Shown in pieces: positions 23,510 through 37,489 of a stretch of DNA of 64,000 nt. Numbering within the stretch: the first letter of the stretch is position 1; the number at the start of each line of letters is the position of its first letter. Location: positions 620,001-684,000 of the forward strand of contig NC_081392.1 in the NCBI RefSeq assembly GCF_030684315.1. Direction: 5' to 3'. Under the pieces are notes generated by a model. The model did not search any database. It worked only from the letters and a program-made list of their open reading frames with translations, and had not been told where the DNA came from. Source of the DNA: Stegostoma tigrinum (lineage: Eukaryota). The translations under genes were made by a program, and so were the position numbers.

Positions 23510-25870
23510 GACGTAAGAGCAGAATAAGGCCAATCGGCCCACCGAATCCGCTCCGCCACACAATTAGATCATGGCTGCTCTGACAATCCTCGCTTTCACT
23601 CTCCTGCTATACCCTGGCTCTCTTATTGCTTAAACATCTCTCTAATCTCGGCCTTGAATATAGTTAAGGACTCAGCCTCGACAACCCTTTTCAACTGGAA
23701 AATTATAGCTTTGTCACCCTCTTAGAAAGAAAACGCCACACATCCATCTTAAGTGTTTGAGTCCTTACACTGAAATTATGCCCTCAGGTCCCAGACATTC
23801 ACATAAGGAAAAACAGCCTCCGTGCATCTACCCTGTCCAGCCACCTAAGCATCTTATATGTTTCAATAAGGTATCGTCATATTCTTCATGTACATTCTCC
23901 TAAATGCCAATGGTCACAAAGCCAAACTGCTCACCCTGTCCTCATACCTCCATATCTAGATCAACCTAGTGAACTGCTTCCAAAGCCAGCACATATTATC
24001 TTTGATAACAAGATGAGAATTTATTCACCCTTGTTGTTGACCCTTCAATTGAGGGAAACAGCTCCTTTCTATCCACCCTCTCCAAGTCCCTCATAATCAA
24101 ATACATTTCCCCACTCAACGTTCCCTGCTCACAGAAAACAAGCCATGCTTATTCAACCCCTTTCAAAACTGAAATGTTCCAACTCAGGCAACATTCTGGT
24201 GAATCTACTCTGCACACCCTCCCCAAAGCAATCAAATCTGTTCTAATATGTGGTGGCCAGGACTGAAAACATTAGTCCAGCTGTGGCCTAACCAAACTCC
24301 TGTATAGCTCCAAGTTAAATTCTTTGGTTTTAGAATCTATGCCTTGACTGATAGAGGCAAGTGTTCCCTCGGCCTTCTTAACGACCCTATTAGGCTGGCC
24401 TGCCACCTTTTGGGATCTGAGGACAAGTACCCCAAGACCAAGAACACTCTGTTCCTCTGAGCTGCTTAGTGTCCTGCCATTCATTGCATTCTCAATATTC
24501 CTTCTTCCAAAGTACATCACCTCACACATATCAGTGTAAATTCCATTTGCCATCTATCTGCCCACTTGGCCAATCTGTCAGTACCCTCATATAGTCATAT
24601 CATAGAAACAGGCTTTTTGGTCTGCCATGTCTGTGCCAACCAACAAACTCAAAACTTCACTAATCCCTTTTACCTGCACTAGGCCATAGTCTACTAATCT
24701 CCAGCATTTTTGATGCTTATCCAGATGCTTCTTAAATGTCGTGAGCATACCTGCTCCTATCACCCTCTCAGCAGAGTGTTCCATATTTTAAGTAACTTCT
24801 GAATGAAAAATAAACCTTTCCTCAGATCTCCTCAAAACCACTAACCCTTCACGAATGTATGCCTTCTGGTCTTAGATTCGTCTACTACAAGGAGAATATT
24901 CTCACAGTCCACCTTGTCTCCATCTTACATAATGTTGTTTACCTCAATCATATCCTGCCCTCTACCTCCTCTGCTCCAAGGAAAATAAACCGAATCTAGC
25001 CAGTCTGTTCTCTAACGAGTCTTTCCAACCCAGGCAACACCATGGTCAATCTCCTCTGCACCTTGTCCAGTGAAATTCATGTCCTTTCAACAGTGTGGCG
25101 ACCAAAACTGCTCACAGTATTCCATCTGCTAAGAAAGTTGAAACAAAAGTTCTTGCTTTTATGTTCTATACTTGTTAACGAAGGTAAGCATCCAGTGTGC
25201 CTTCTTCACCACCCTGTTTCTCTGCACTGACACCTTCATGGATCTAAGGTCTTGTACACCAAGGTCGCTTTGCTTCTCAGTATTCCCTAAGGACTATTGT
25301 GTAGATTCTTCCCTTATTAGATGTCCTACTGTGCATCAACTCACATTTATAGAGTCACGGAGTCACACAGCAAGGATACAAACCTTTTGGTGCAACTCAT
25401 CTGCGTTGACCAGACATCACACTATGACATCATAGAATTTGTCAGCATTTTGCCCATATTTCCTCTAAACTATCCCGCTTCTTTTTTATATACCCATCCA
25501 GATCCCTCTTAAATGTTGTAATTGTCCCAGCCTCCAACACTTCCTTTGGAGCTCATTCCTTGTGCTCACCACTCTCTGTGTGAAAAGATTACCCCTCAGG
25601 TACTTTTTAAATCCTTCCCCTCTCACCTTCAGCCTATGCCCTCTGGTTTTGGACTCACTAACCCTATAAAAATGACCTTGGCTATTCAGTCTATCCATGC
25701 CCCTCATAATTTTATAAACTGTTATAAAGTCACCCCTCAGCCTCTGACACTACAGAGAAAAAGGCTCCAGTCTATTCAGCCTCTTCATATAACTCAAACT
25801 GCCATCAACATCAGACAGACTACTGTGACAATCCTCCTCACTATCAACAACACCACTAATTTTTGTGTCA
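23510..25870 (-). mobile_element. Nested CR1 3' fragments
   Basis: Several repeats of CR1 C-terminal motifs (LYRSLVRPQL, KTRGHRLKV, FTQRVV, FTDDTK). Confidence 0.8.
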
Positions 25871-25903
25871 TCTGTAAAATTAATAGCTACACCATTTTGG
25901 AAA

Positions 25904-28900
25904 TGCTGGGACGAAGGGCTGAAAGTTAATGATGAAATTTGACATCTGCATGTGAAAATAGATTGTACAGGATTGGAAAATAGGCTGGAAAAGTTTAGAA
26001 TAATATTTGACAAGCTGCATGTCCTGGAATGAGTCCTGTGAACATTCCTTTATGAGCCAAAGATGACACCTGTACTTGTTTTCTATACCAGCCAGCAATT
26101 TTGTCTTTCTGTATCTGCTTTCTTTGTGCTGGCTGTTTGTCATACCGTATAAGAGAGAGACAGTTTTCATTCCAAACTGCTGCTGCTGCTGTGGGACTTC
26201 ACCTCAGCTCAGAATCACGAATGGTCCTAGGAATGAACCTGAGCCAATGGACCAGCCATCAATCAAGGGGCTCCTGATGGGAAGAAGGGCGTGAGACCTT
26301 TTGCTTTTCTAGAAGGGCGTGGGGCTTGTTGCTTTTACTCTTTTCTCTTCCATTTATTATTGCCACTATAATTGTTTGTTATTCCATTATAACCATTATT
26401 ATTACTTCATAAACTTTCATATTTAAGCAAATTGCTGTGGTCAAGCCTTCCCTTAATTATATTTACCCGAGTCTGGAAAGAGCCACTTAGATACATATTG
26501 TGATCCAAGAAATTTTTAGGCGAAAAGGATGGGAATCAGGAAAATATTTAAGAAAGTGGAAAGGCAACCTTATTTTCTGGAAGCCTTCTGCATTCCAGGA
26601 TAGAATATGGTAGACTCTGAATTTGTAGATCTGTAGCTAACATGTTGCCACAAACAGGGCATCCGAAAGAGTAGGGGGCAGTTATAACTGGAAAAAAAAG
26701 AAATAAGTAGAGGCCATGTTTCTGCACTGAGCAAGTACCCTGAACCCTTGTAGAAGTGTTAACTCTTTGTTGTGGTCTGGTTTGAATGCATCTTTGTTTA
26801 TTGGTTGCTAAATGTTATCTTGTACAATTTGTCTCTTTTTACTCCCTGGAGGTCAAGATCTGGGGATACTTCAAAGTTTTAGCTTGCATTTTGGGAATGT
26901 TTGGTGATTTGAAAGTGTGGTGTGTGCCTGTATTCGCGTGGGACATGTATGATTAATATAACCTTCTTTTAAGATATCATCAGAGGTTGTGTAAGGCAAA
27001 AAAAATCTGCAAAACATTGATTCAAAAATTTGGTTTGTAAAGCTTGGTAAAAATTTACCTTTTGGAATTGGCTCCATGTTGTGTTTGGACTTGGGTAAAT
27101 TTTAATTCCAGAAATTACCATACATCTGGAATTTCATTTTCCAGTCAGAGTGAACTTCCAAATAATGTTTTAACATGAGTTAATCTTTAAGTCCCAATAA
27201 TAAGATTAATTCATTGCTAATATCCAAGTGATAGGGATATTGGAATGTTAAAAAAAATACGACTCCCTGTTGCAAAGAGCTTTGGAAAGGCAAATTTAAC
27301 AAAGGGGCGGACTTTACCTTCTTTCAAGGAGGAGGGGAGACAGATGATGTAATTACATACAGGAGTTTACACCCATCCCCTATATTGAATACGTACTAGC
27401 TTAACACTAATTAACCCATTTCTGCTTGATGTGGAATAAGTGGGGCTTGTTCGTCTTTTTTTTAGAAATTGGAGACACTAAAGTCTGATCCCATTTGCAG
27501 AACCTCAATGTTGCAATACAATGATGAATGGGGCACCCTCAACCCATCAAGCCATCCATCAATGACGCATTTCAGTGCTGGGGATGTACTGTGGAAACAT
27601 CAATTGTAGTGAGTGTCAGAAATCTCAAAAAACCGCTGAGCCCAGGTACACTTAAGTGTATAATGACAAAAACTGAGTTAAGATTCACATGCCCTGGTAT
27701 TCTAAAACATTTAAATGGAATAGTTACCAGAAAATTTGAAGGGATTCTGGGAAATGGTAAAAAGCATTAACACAATCTCAATGATTTCAATACATAAAAA
27801 TGGTTAGCGACTTTAAGGGAGTAAACAGAATATTGAATTTGGACAAATTTACACAGAGATATATCATGTATCTAGAATGAGTTGTCAAGTAACTTTTAAA
27901 AATGTGCGTCATCTTAGAGAACAAACAAAGTATCTTGTGCCTGAATCAAACAGAAATGTTTGACTTCTGTTTTAAAATATTACAGGATTATGTTCCATGG
28001 TCTACAAAATGCTACAGATCTCTGGAATTAGATATGGTGGTAATAGTTAATTCACGGAATTGGATGAGATGAAGTAACATGGGGTGGAGACTACTGGCAG
28101 AAGACAAAAAGAAAGTAGAATAATGGGTTGAAGCAGCAACTCAGGTTAAAATGCTACAGGTGTGAAAAGGAGGTTTGGATGAGAGCACAAAACGGATTTG
28201 TCTTGGTGATTTTCGTGTCCTTGTCTTTTCTTCTAAGAGAATTGAATTGGTGATCAAGCTAACACCGAAGGCATCAGGACCATACATAGAGAGACAAGCA
28301 AAACCTCACAGATCAATTGATTAGATCATGTGGGAGTCATGAATGTGGGACAGGTCTTGAGATACCAACATAAGTGCACAAAAGTGAATATTGCCTGAGA
28401 GGTAACAAATATGAGACTGCACTGAAGAATGGGTCTCAGACATAGACACTAGTCGAAAGGATTAGTGTGGCTTGGAAGACCACAAAACATAGTTTAAATG
28501 ATAAGACACTGACATGAAATCCACAGAGAAACTGACCTTAAAACAATGAAAGTGGTATTACTGAAAGGGATATAAAAGAAATGACAATCAAAATAAAAGG
28601 TGTGATTGGCTATTATATCAAAATTTTGCAGAAATGAAAGAATATGGATTCTTGGAGGAGTAATAGTGGACTGAGTGAAAGGGCTCATTGGATGACATAC
28701 ACATACCCCATCTTGAGTGTTTATATTATGCATGCACTCCAGTACTTACCATGTATATTGTAGTTCAAAATGGGGTATCTGCATTTGGAGGTTGTTACCT
28801 CGCAATGATACAATCATTCATAAAATTGGCGAGAAGGGAAACATATTGAAGAAGTGTCCTCAAATCAGATACAAATAAAGAGAGCTGGAGAAACTTTGAG

Positions 28901-29973
28901 CCCATGTCTGATGTTATTTTACTGTTATTGGGTGAGGTGATTGGTGAATAGGAAACTGGAGAATAAAAACAAAACAGAATTTAAAAAACCTGAATCTGAA
29001 TCATACTGAATTTTAGTGCACAGCATGTAAATCTATTAACTGAAAAGAATGTAGACAATATTCTGGTCACCCCAATTAGGAGGCATGACTTGCTGGTTCC
29101 ATCACGGCCTTGATCATTTGTCAAGGATGGTATATATATATTTAGGGTGCAGTCCCCAAAGACCGGTGCGCTCATTAATTTGATGATACACATTATTGAT
29201 ATTTTATTTGTATTGATGATAGGTATTTTCATAGTAGCTTGAATGTTTTGGTGCAGATTACATACTCTTATTATACATTCCCATTCAGCTATTGCTGATT
29301 TGCATCTGCATTTGCAAGTGTAACATGCTATCAAATATCATCAGGGGAGAAATGTATAGGATGGGCTGAAGGGCTAAATGTTAATGAATATATTCGACAG
29401 CTGCATGAAAAAATAGATTACACAGAATGGGAAAATAGGCTGGGAAAGTTTAGAATACTACTTGACAAGCTTCATGACCTTGAATGAGTCCTGTGATCAT
29501 TCCTTTATGAGCCAAAGATGACACCTGTACTTGTTTTCCCGTCCTTTGTTTTCTGTACCAGCCAGCAGTTTTGTCTTTCTGTATCTGCTTTCTTCGTGCT
29601 GGCTGTTTGTCACACTATATAAGAGAGAGAGAGAGTTTTCATTCTGAGCTGCTGCTGCTGCAGGACTTTGCCTCAGCTCAGTATCATGAACAGTCCAGGA
29701 ATGAACCTAAGCCTATGGACCAACCATCGATCAAGGGGACTCCTGATGGGCAGAAAGACATGAGACTTGTTGCTTTTTCTAGAAGGACATGAGGCATGTC
29801 GCTTTTTCTCTTTTCCCTTCCTTTTATCTTATTATCACTATAATTGTGTATTATTACCATTATTATTATTACCATTATTATTACCTAATAAACATTCACA
29901 TTTAAGCAAATTGCTGTGGTTAAGCCTTCTCTTCTGGAAAGAACCGTTTGTATACTCGCTGTGTTCCAAGACA
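25904..29973 (+). mobile_element. Deleted LTR retroviral element (5' LTR ~25904-26512, PBS 26518-26535, PPT 29343-29352, 3' LTR 29353-29973)
   Basis: Two ~610-bp direct repeats; the 3' copy has TG..CA ends, TATATAAG and AATAAA. PBS AGGCGAAAAGGATGGGAA matches TGGCGACGAGGATGGGAT (tRNA-Ser GCU) at 14/18. PPT is AGGGGAGAAA. Internal region has a KCYRCEKE zinc-knuckle start (~28150) and a hydrophobic env-like TM remnant (~29150-29320). Confidence 0.85.
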
Positions 29974-30079
29974 CATCTACATTCACATCCAACTTGTTAG
30001 TGTACATAACAAACACTGCTCCTATGATGCTGCTTGGCCTGCTGTGTTAATCCAGCTCTACACCTCGTTATCTAAGTAA

Positions 30080-33000
30080 GGGTATAAGCACTGATCCAAT
30101 AGGTCCACCACAGGTCAAAGACTTCCAGTCACAAAAGCAACCCTCAAATCCAGTTTACCATCTTCTGGACCAGCCTTCCATGTGGGACATTGTCAAAGGA
30201 CTTACTGAAATCCATGTAAACAATATCAACTGCACTACCCTCATAAATACATTAAATTATTTTTTTCAATAAACTCAATTAATTTAATCAAGCAGGACCT
30301 TTCTGTAGCAGATCTGTGCTGACTATGCCTGATCAATCCCTGCCTTTCCAAGAACTGAATAATCTTGCCCCTCAGAAGTTTTTCCAATAATTTTCCTATC
30401 ACTGATGCCAGACTAACAGGTCTGTAATTACATGGCCTGTCTTTGTTTTCCTGATTTCTTTCTTGAGAACACTCTGCATTTTCTTTTCTTTTGAAGGGTC
30501 TGCCCTGTCTTTAATGTTCTGTGCCTAACATGTGTTTCCTCCTCAAAAAGTTCTGAAGAAGGGTTACTTGCCTCTCCCAGTTTAGACTTTTACCCTCTAC
30601 ATTACCTCCATCATTTTTCATCATAATTTTGCAACTTACAGAATTACAGTAATTATCCCCAAAATGCTTGACCAATAAAATCTCAATCACTTGACTGGCT
30701 TCATTCCCTAAGATTAGGTACAGCACTGTACCGTCTCTAGTAAGACTATCTCTGTACAAGCACAAAAAGCTCTCCTGGATCCAGTTTTTAAAATTTAGCC
30801 TGTCGAATCCTTTCATGATAAGACAATCCCAGATGATGTTTACGTAGCTACAATTATAACCATATTCCACTCACACCTTTCTGTGATTTGTCTACGTATC
30901 TGCTCCTCTATCTCCTTCTGAACGTTGAAAGGCATGTAATATAATGCCAGTTAAGTGACCACCCCTTTTTTCATTTCTGAGTTCAACCCAGATGGACTCA
31001 TTTGAAGAACCTTATGAGATATCTCCCTCATTTCTGCAGTGTTTGTTTTCTTTATCAATAAGGCAAGGTCCCCATCTTTCTTATATTCCCCGCTATCACA
31101 ATTAAAACTTCTATAGCCCTGAATGTTGAGGTACAAGTGCTGCTCTTCCTTGAATCATGTCTCAGTGAGAACAGCAATATCATATTCCTACATGCTGATC
31201 AATGTTCTAAGTTCATCCGCCTGACCAGTCAAGCATATTACATTAAAATTAGTTTAATTTAGCTTTCCAGACTTCCCATATTCTTTATCATGCCAGGTCT
31301 TCTCCACATGTTTGACTGTCTTAAAATTATTTCAGCATCTGATTGGAACTTGCTCCTAATTTTACATTTATGCTGTGACCCATCCCCCTGCCAACTTATT
31401 GAAAACCTCCCCTACAGCACAAGAAAATCTCCCAGCAAGGATAGTCGACCGGTTCTGTTTCAAGTGAAACCTGTTCAGCTTGGACAGGTGGCACCAACAA
31501 CAGAAACTGTCTCAATTATCCAAAAATCTAAAACACTCCCTCCTAAACTATCCCTTTAACTGAGTGTTCATCTGACTTATCTTCCTATTCCTATACTCAA
31601 CAGCATTTGGCACTGGAAGTAATCCAGAGATGCCAGCTCTATTTGACCTCTTCTTTAATCTGCCACCCAACTCTCTAAATTCCTGTTGCAGGACCTTATT
31701 TCACTTTTTAACCTATTTCATTGACACTGACATATACCACAACTACTGGCTGTACATCCACTTCCTTCAGAGTGCTCTGCAGTTGCTCTGTGACATCCCT
31801 GACCCTAGTTCCAAGGAGGCAACATAACATTTCTGACTCTTGTTTGCTGTCACAGTTCCTCTTACAATTGAGTCCCCAATAACTAAACTGCTCCCAGTCT
31901 TCTTCCTACTCCTCTGCAATGTAGCAGAGACAGACATGATAATGACAAACTCAATTGTTGCCACTTTGCAGACCATCCACCCCACCAGTATTGAACAAGG
32001 TTTATCCGTTTGAGTGGGAATGACCGCAGAGTACTCCTCGCTACCTGCCCATGCCTGTTAGCCTTCCTAGCAGTCACACAACAATTTCTATCTATGAGGC
32101 CTTTAATTGTGTGACCAGCTCACTAAACATGCCATCCACATTGACCTCGGCAGAGTGAATCTATCTGTAGCTTCAGCCAATAGATATCAACCAGGAACTG
32201 CGGCTCAATACATTTCATGCATACATTGTCACCATGGATTTCCCACAAATGACAGAAGGAACATTCAATGGGACCAATTTGTCCTGCCATTGTGATCATT
32301 ACTAACAACAAACAATAAACTAAGAACAAATTACTCAATGTCAGCCACTATTTACCAAGGCCAAATTCTTTCTCACTCTGCCTCTCTATTTTTAACAAAT
32401 TACAGTCTCTGGATTCATTGAAGGTTCACTCAGCTCTGCTTCTATTCCATTGCTGCTCTGACAGAGTATGATGTGGGCCTTGCACCTCAGGCTTTTATCT
32501 GGGAACTCCATTCACGCCTAGGTTTGCGCTATTCCACTCCTCTCCTGCTGAACAAGTTTGATCCGGATCCTGCTCCTTAGGCTTCTACTTGGAATGTTCA
32601 CTGCTACATCCATCACTCAGTTCCACTTCTCTCCTGTTACTGCTCTGATAGTAACCTAAGGTCTTCTTCCTCACTGTCAACAGCCTTCCAATATGCCGCT
32701 GACACCAGCCCCACTCACAAATACATCCTTCTTATCACTACCTTCTGTCTCCTGCCACTAAGCCAATTTTGGATCTAACTTGCCAGGTTACCCTGGATTC
32801 CATGTGCCTTTATCTTATTTATGAGTTTCCAATGTTGTGCCTTGATGAAGACTTAACTGAAATCCTATATAAACTACATCAGCTGCACTACTGTCATCTA
32901 TACACTTGGCCACCTTCTCGAAAATTCAACCAGATTTGTTAGGTATGACTTCCCATGGCAAAGCCATGCTGATGCTTCATGATCAAACCCTGCTTCTCTA

Positions 33001-33290
33001 AACTGAGGTTAAGTTTCTTCTTCAGAATGTTTTCCAAAAGTTTCCCTACTACTGAAATGAGGTTTACTGGTCTATAGTTTCCTTGTCTATCTCTACCACC
33101 AATCTTGAAAGTGAAAGCACATTGGTTATCCTCTTATCTTCCAGCACCCCACCTCAAAGGCAAGAAAAGAATTAAAAATTTGGGACAGGGCCTCTGTGAT
33201 TCCTCTATTGTCTTTTCCAGGAGTCTGAGACACAAGTCATCTGGACATAGGGATATGATCCCTTTTAGACAAGCCAAAACCTTTAATGCT
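30080..33290 (-). mobile_element. CR1 LINE fragments including ORF1 remnant
   Basis: LVIGDSIVRG (SGNH esterase GDS motif) in ORF 31767-31985, Cys-rich CSFCHLWE..CMKC in 32123-32338, and endonuclease and RT remnants downstream. Confidence 0.8.
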
Positions 33291-33589
33291 CTGGGTCCAT
33301 GGGTCTCACCTTACCCTCCTGAGATGTGGCATGGCTGAACTCTCCTGACTAGGTTCATTTCCTAAGGTACACTTACCTAATAGTCTACCCCAAACTATGG
33401 GCTCCTATCTTATTAAGTTGCCTTATGTATAATACTATTTCTAATGCTCGTTAAAAACCAAATCTATCACACTTACTAGTTCTGCTTTACCTACACTGTT
33501 TCTTACCTCCACACAGAAAGTCAATAAATTTGACAGGCTTGAATACTCCTTCATTGCAGATTCTGATTTATAATACTCTCCTTTCTCGC

Positions 33590-35155
33590 ACTTTCTCCAA
33601 CCAAGGTGGCTAGGCCCCCAGGACCTGATGATATCTTCCTCAGGTTATTGACTGAGTAAAGAAAGGAGATTTCAAGAGCCTTGATCAAGATCTTTGTATC
33701 CTCACAAGCCACTCGAGAGATCCTGGAGTATTGGTGTGTAGTAATGTTGTTCTGCTGTTCCAGAATGGAAATAGGGACAATCCAGGGAACTATAGACCAG
33801 TGAGTCTCACATTGTGGTTGGGAAGCTATTGGAGAGAACTCTTGGGGATAGGATTTGGAAAAGCTTGGTATAATTAGCGACAGTCAGCACGGCTTTGTGC
33901 AGGCAGGTCATGTCTTACTAACTTGACTGAATTTTTCAAGGAGGTGATGAAGGTTGTCAGTAAGGGTAGAGCAGTGGATATTGACTACACAGATTTTAGT
34001 AATTCTTTCAACAAGGTCCCTCAAGGTAAGCTCATCCAGAAGATTAAGATTCATGGGATCAATGGTGACTTGGCCACATGGATTCAGAATTGACTTACAT
34101 ATAGAAGGCAGAGAGTTGTGACGGAGGGGTGTTTTTTTGGCTGGAGGTCCATGACTAGTGGTGTCCCGCAGGGATCCATACTGGGACCTCTGCTTTCATG
34201 ATATATAAAAATGATATGGATGAAAATGTTGATGGGCATGTTTGTAAGTTATCAGACAATACAAAGATTGCGGGAGTTGTGGATAATGTTGAAGGTTGTC
34301 AAAGAATATTGCAGACTATAGATCATTTGCAGTTATGGGCAGAGAAATGGCAGATGGAGTTTAATTCAGATAAGTGCACTTTGAGGAGACCAAATGTTAA
34401 GAAAAATTATATAGTTAATGGCAGGACCCTGAACAGCATCGATGTACAGAGGGATTTTGGGTTCAACCCATTAGCCCCCTGAAAGTGGCCACTCAGCTGG
34501 ATAGGATGGTAAAGAAGGTATATAGCATGCTTGGATTTTTTTTTGGTTGTGGAATTGAGCACAAGAGTCTTGTTGCAGATTTATAAGACTTTGTTTCAGC
34601 CATACTTAAGAGTATTGTGTTCATTTCTGGTCACCATTTTACAGGAAGGATGTGGAGGTTTTGGAGACGGTGCAGAAGAAGTTTATCAAGATTTTGCCTG
34701 GGTTAGAGGGCATGAGCTAAAGGAAAGGTTAGAAAAGCTCTGTTTTTTTTCTTTGGAGCAGCAGAGGCTGAGGGAAGACTACATAAAGTCTTTAAAAATT
34801 TGATGTGCATAGATAGGGTTGACATTAAGATTCTTTGTCTCTGGGCTGAAATGTCTAACACTAGAGGTCATGTGTTTAAGGTGAGAGGGGGAGGTTCAAA
34901 GGAGATGTGAAGGGCAGTTTCTTTTACACAGAGAGTGGCAGAGTCTAGAATACACTGCCAGGCGTGATGGTGAAGGCAGATATGAAAGGAGCAGTTAAGG
35001 GATTTTTAGATAAGCACATGAATACACAAGGAATGGAGAGATATGGTCCAAGGGCAGATAGAAGGGAATAGTTTAATTTGGCATCATGTTCGGCACAACA
35101 TTCTAGGCTGAAGGGCCTGTTCTTGTGCTGTATTCTTACATATTCTATGTTCTAA
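33590..35155 (+). mobile_element. CR1 LINE ORF2 3' half
   Basis: NYRPVSL, PQGSILG and WAEKWQMEFN motifs; TTCTAT tail. Confidence 0.88.
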
Positions 35156-36074
35156 CTCTGCACTGTTGCATTTTCTCCAATGGTTATTTCTACCATTGAT
35201 TACCTTTATAATTAAGAAGAACAAGCGAAGACCTCATTGAAATGAGCACAATTTTTAAGAGTCTTAACAATATGGATGCTGAGAGGACATTCTAATTTAT
35301 GTGAAGCATTTAATTTTTTAAAAATAATTTATTCATGACATGTGGGTGTCAGCAATTATTGTGCATCCCTAATTACCCAGAGCAATTAAGAGTCAACCAC
35401 ATTGTTGTAAGTCTGGAATCTTATGTAGGCCAGAGCAGCTAAGGATAGCAACTTCCTTCCCTCGCAGTTATTGGTGAATCAAGTGTTGTTCCTTCCCTCC
35501 AGACAATTGGCATGGTCATCTTTAAAATTTTAAATCCATGTTTTTTATTCAATTTAAGTTTACCATCTACTATGGCAGAATTTGAACACAGGTCCCCAGA
35601 ACATTCCCTGGGTCTCTGGATCAATGGTCTATTGATAATACCACTTGGGCTGTAGCCTCATATCAGTTTTAAATTATGTTATGCTTCAGGGAAACATATT
35701 GGATGTTTTATTATATAAGTGCAGTTCACTGTTGTGACTCAGAGTAGCTGCAGGAAGTTGCAGCTTGAGGCATGTTATCCTTGCCTTTACATCTGTCTTT
35801 CAGTGAAGAACTGACAAAAATACTTTATTGATCCTCAGGACCTGATTTACATGGTTGCTGACACCATTAAGGTATTAGAAGTCAAATTGTGAGTCATATG
35901 CCGATGTTTTGCTCAAATCAAGTATCAACATCAAGGGTCTATTCACACAGGTGAAAGCTCTCAAGGTTTTCATGCCCCACTAAGAAGTGACAGTGAATCT
36001 AGACAGGGGAAATAACTAAAGTCCTGCATTGGCAGTCTCTGAATTTTCATATCTCCTCAATGGGCAATAAAGCA

Positions 36075-36680
36075 TTTAGGAAAAATGAGGTGGAAATATA
36101 GACAGAAGTGTAAATAGGAGATTGCAGTAGGGACAAAGACACACAGGTGGAGAATTTTTAAGGTAGTGATATGTACAAACACAGATAAATAATAGGGAGA
36201 TAATTAAAGGCAAGAGAAACAGTGATATGAAAGAGGTACAGATAGGAAAACAGCAAGATGGAAATTCCAAGAAAGAGATGAAAAGAAAACCCACAAAGAT
36301 TGACAGAAAGAGTAATAAGGAGAGAGATATGACTAACAGAGCTATATAGTTAGGTGGAGTGAACATTAGAATCAGAAAGGATGAGACAGTATAAATGACA
36401 GAAAAATGAAAAGGCTGTGCCTTACAGAGAAATAAAGCAAGGAAACTCATACTCACAAAGATATTTTAACAGAGGGATAGAGGCAAAGGAAACAAAAAAT
36501 AGGAAGAGCAGAAGAGACATATAGAGTATAAATGAGAGAGATCTACAGGCAGGTACAAAAGTACAGAGATGAGTGGAGATACAGAAATTACTGGATATAT
36601 GGAGAAAGGAACAAACTGAGACAAGGTGGAAGGGAGGGATAGACAGAGAGAAAGGAGAGAGAGATAAAGCCAAGAACTAA
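36075..36680 (+). repeat. Purine-rich (GA) low-complexity tract; similar tracts at 22740-22990, 42830-43250, 44020-44310
   Basis: Strong A/G strand bias; produces spurious hydrophobic minus-strand ORFs. Confidence 0.8.
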
Positions 36681-37489
36681 CAGGATGGTTGTGAATGCAT
36701 TATGCTTATTAATTTCATGTACACTCTACTCCAGAAGTTAAAGAATGACTTTGTCCATTGTGTGGCATTTCCTTAAACCTTCTCTTCTGTTCTGCCCCTA
36801 CAAATCTGACTAGCATTCCACTTTCAAGTATTTATCCTAATCCCTTTTCAAAAACTGCTTTCAAATTTGCTTCCACCACAATATGTAGGCAGTGCTGTCA
36901 ACTGGTTGTGCAATTTGAAAAAAGAAATTTCTTTTTTTCTGGTTCTTTGGTCTACTACAATAAATCTGCTCTCTCCAGCTGTAGACTGTATCAAATGCCA
37001 GTTTGAAAGACATGTTCTATGACTAACTCAATCAGTAGTGTGTACCATATAAAATGGGTTGTAGCGACTTGTTTCTGGACAGCTGAACAACATTGAAGGC
37101 CAGAAATGTTTTGGATTCTCTGGATTATCACCAGTCAAAACTTCCACCTGAAATGTTGTTGAATCCTTTTAACTAGACTGCCTGAATGGCAGCTGTGATC
37201 TCGCTAATAGTACAGTCACCATACGATTCTAGTTAAGCAGGAGACTCTCCAGTTCTTACAAACTGCCATGGATACATCCGAAAGATGTACAGATTGATAA
37301 ACAAGTTGAGTTGCTTATGTTATACCCTCCCTGGCCATTAAGTCCTGAGGTAGATTTTGAATACGTATCCAAGCTTAGAGATAATGATGCTATTGTTTCT
37401 ACATAAAGATCTCCCTCCTACTTTTCTGAGATATTTGATTATTTTAATAAGTTAAAATGACTATTTCTTATGAATAAGAGTTAAAATAT

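Noticed and set aside
36678-36693. AACAGGATGGTT, similar to the mammalian E-beta ETS-RUNX core
   Set aside because: The RUNX half is incomplete and it is isolated at the edge of a GA tract.
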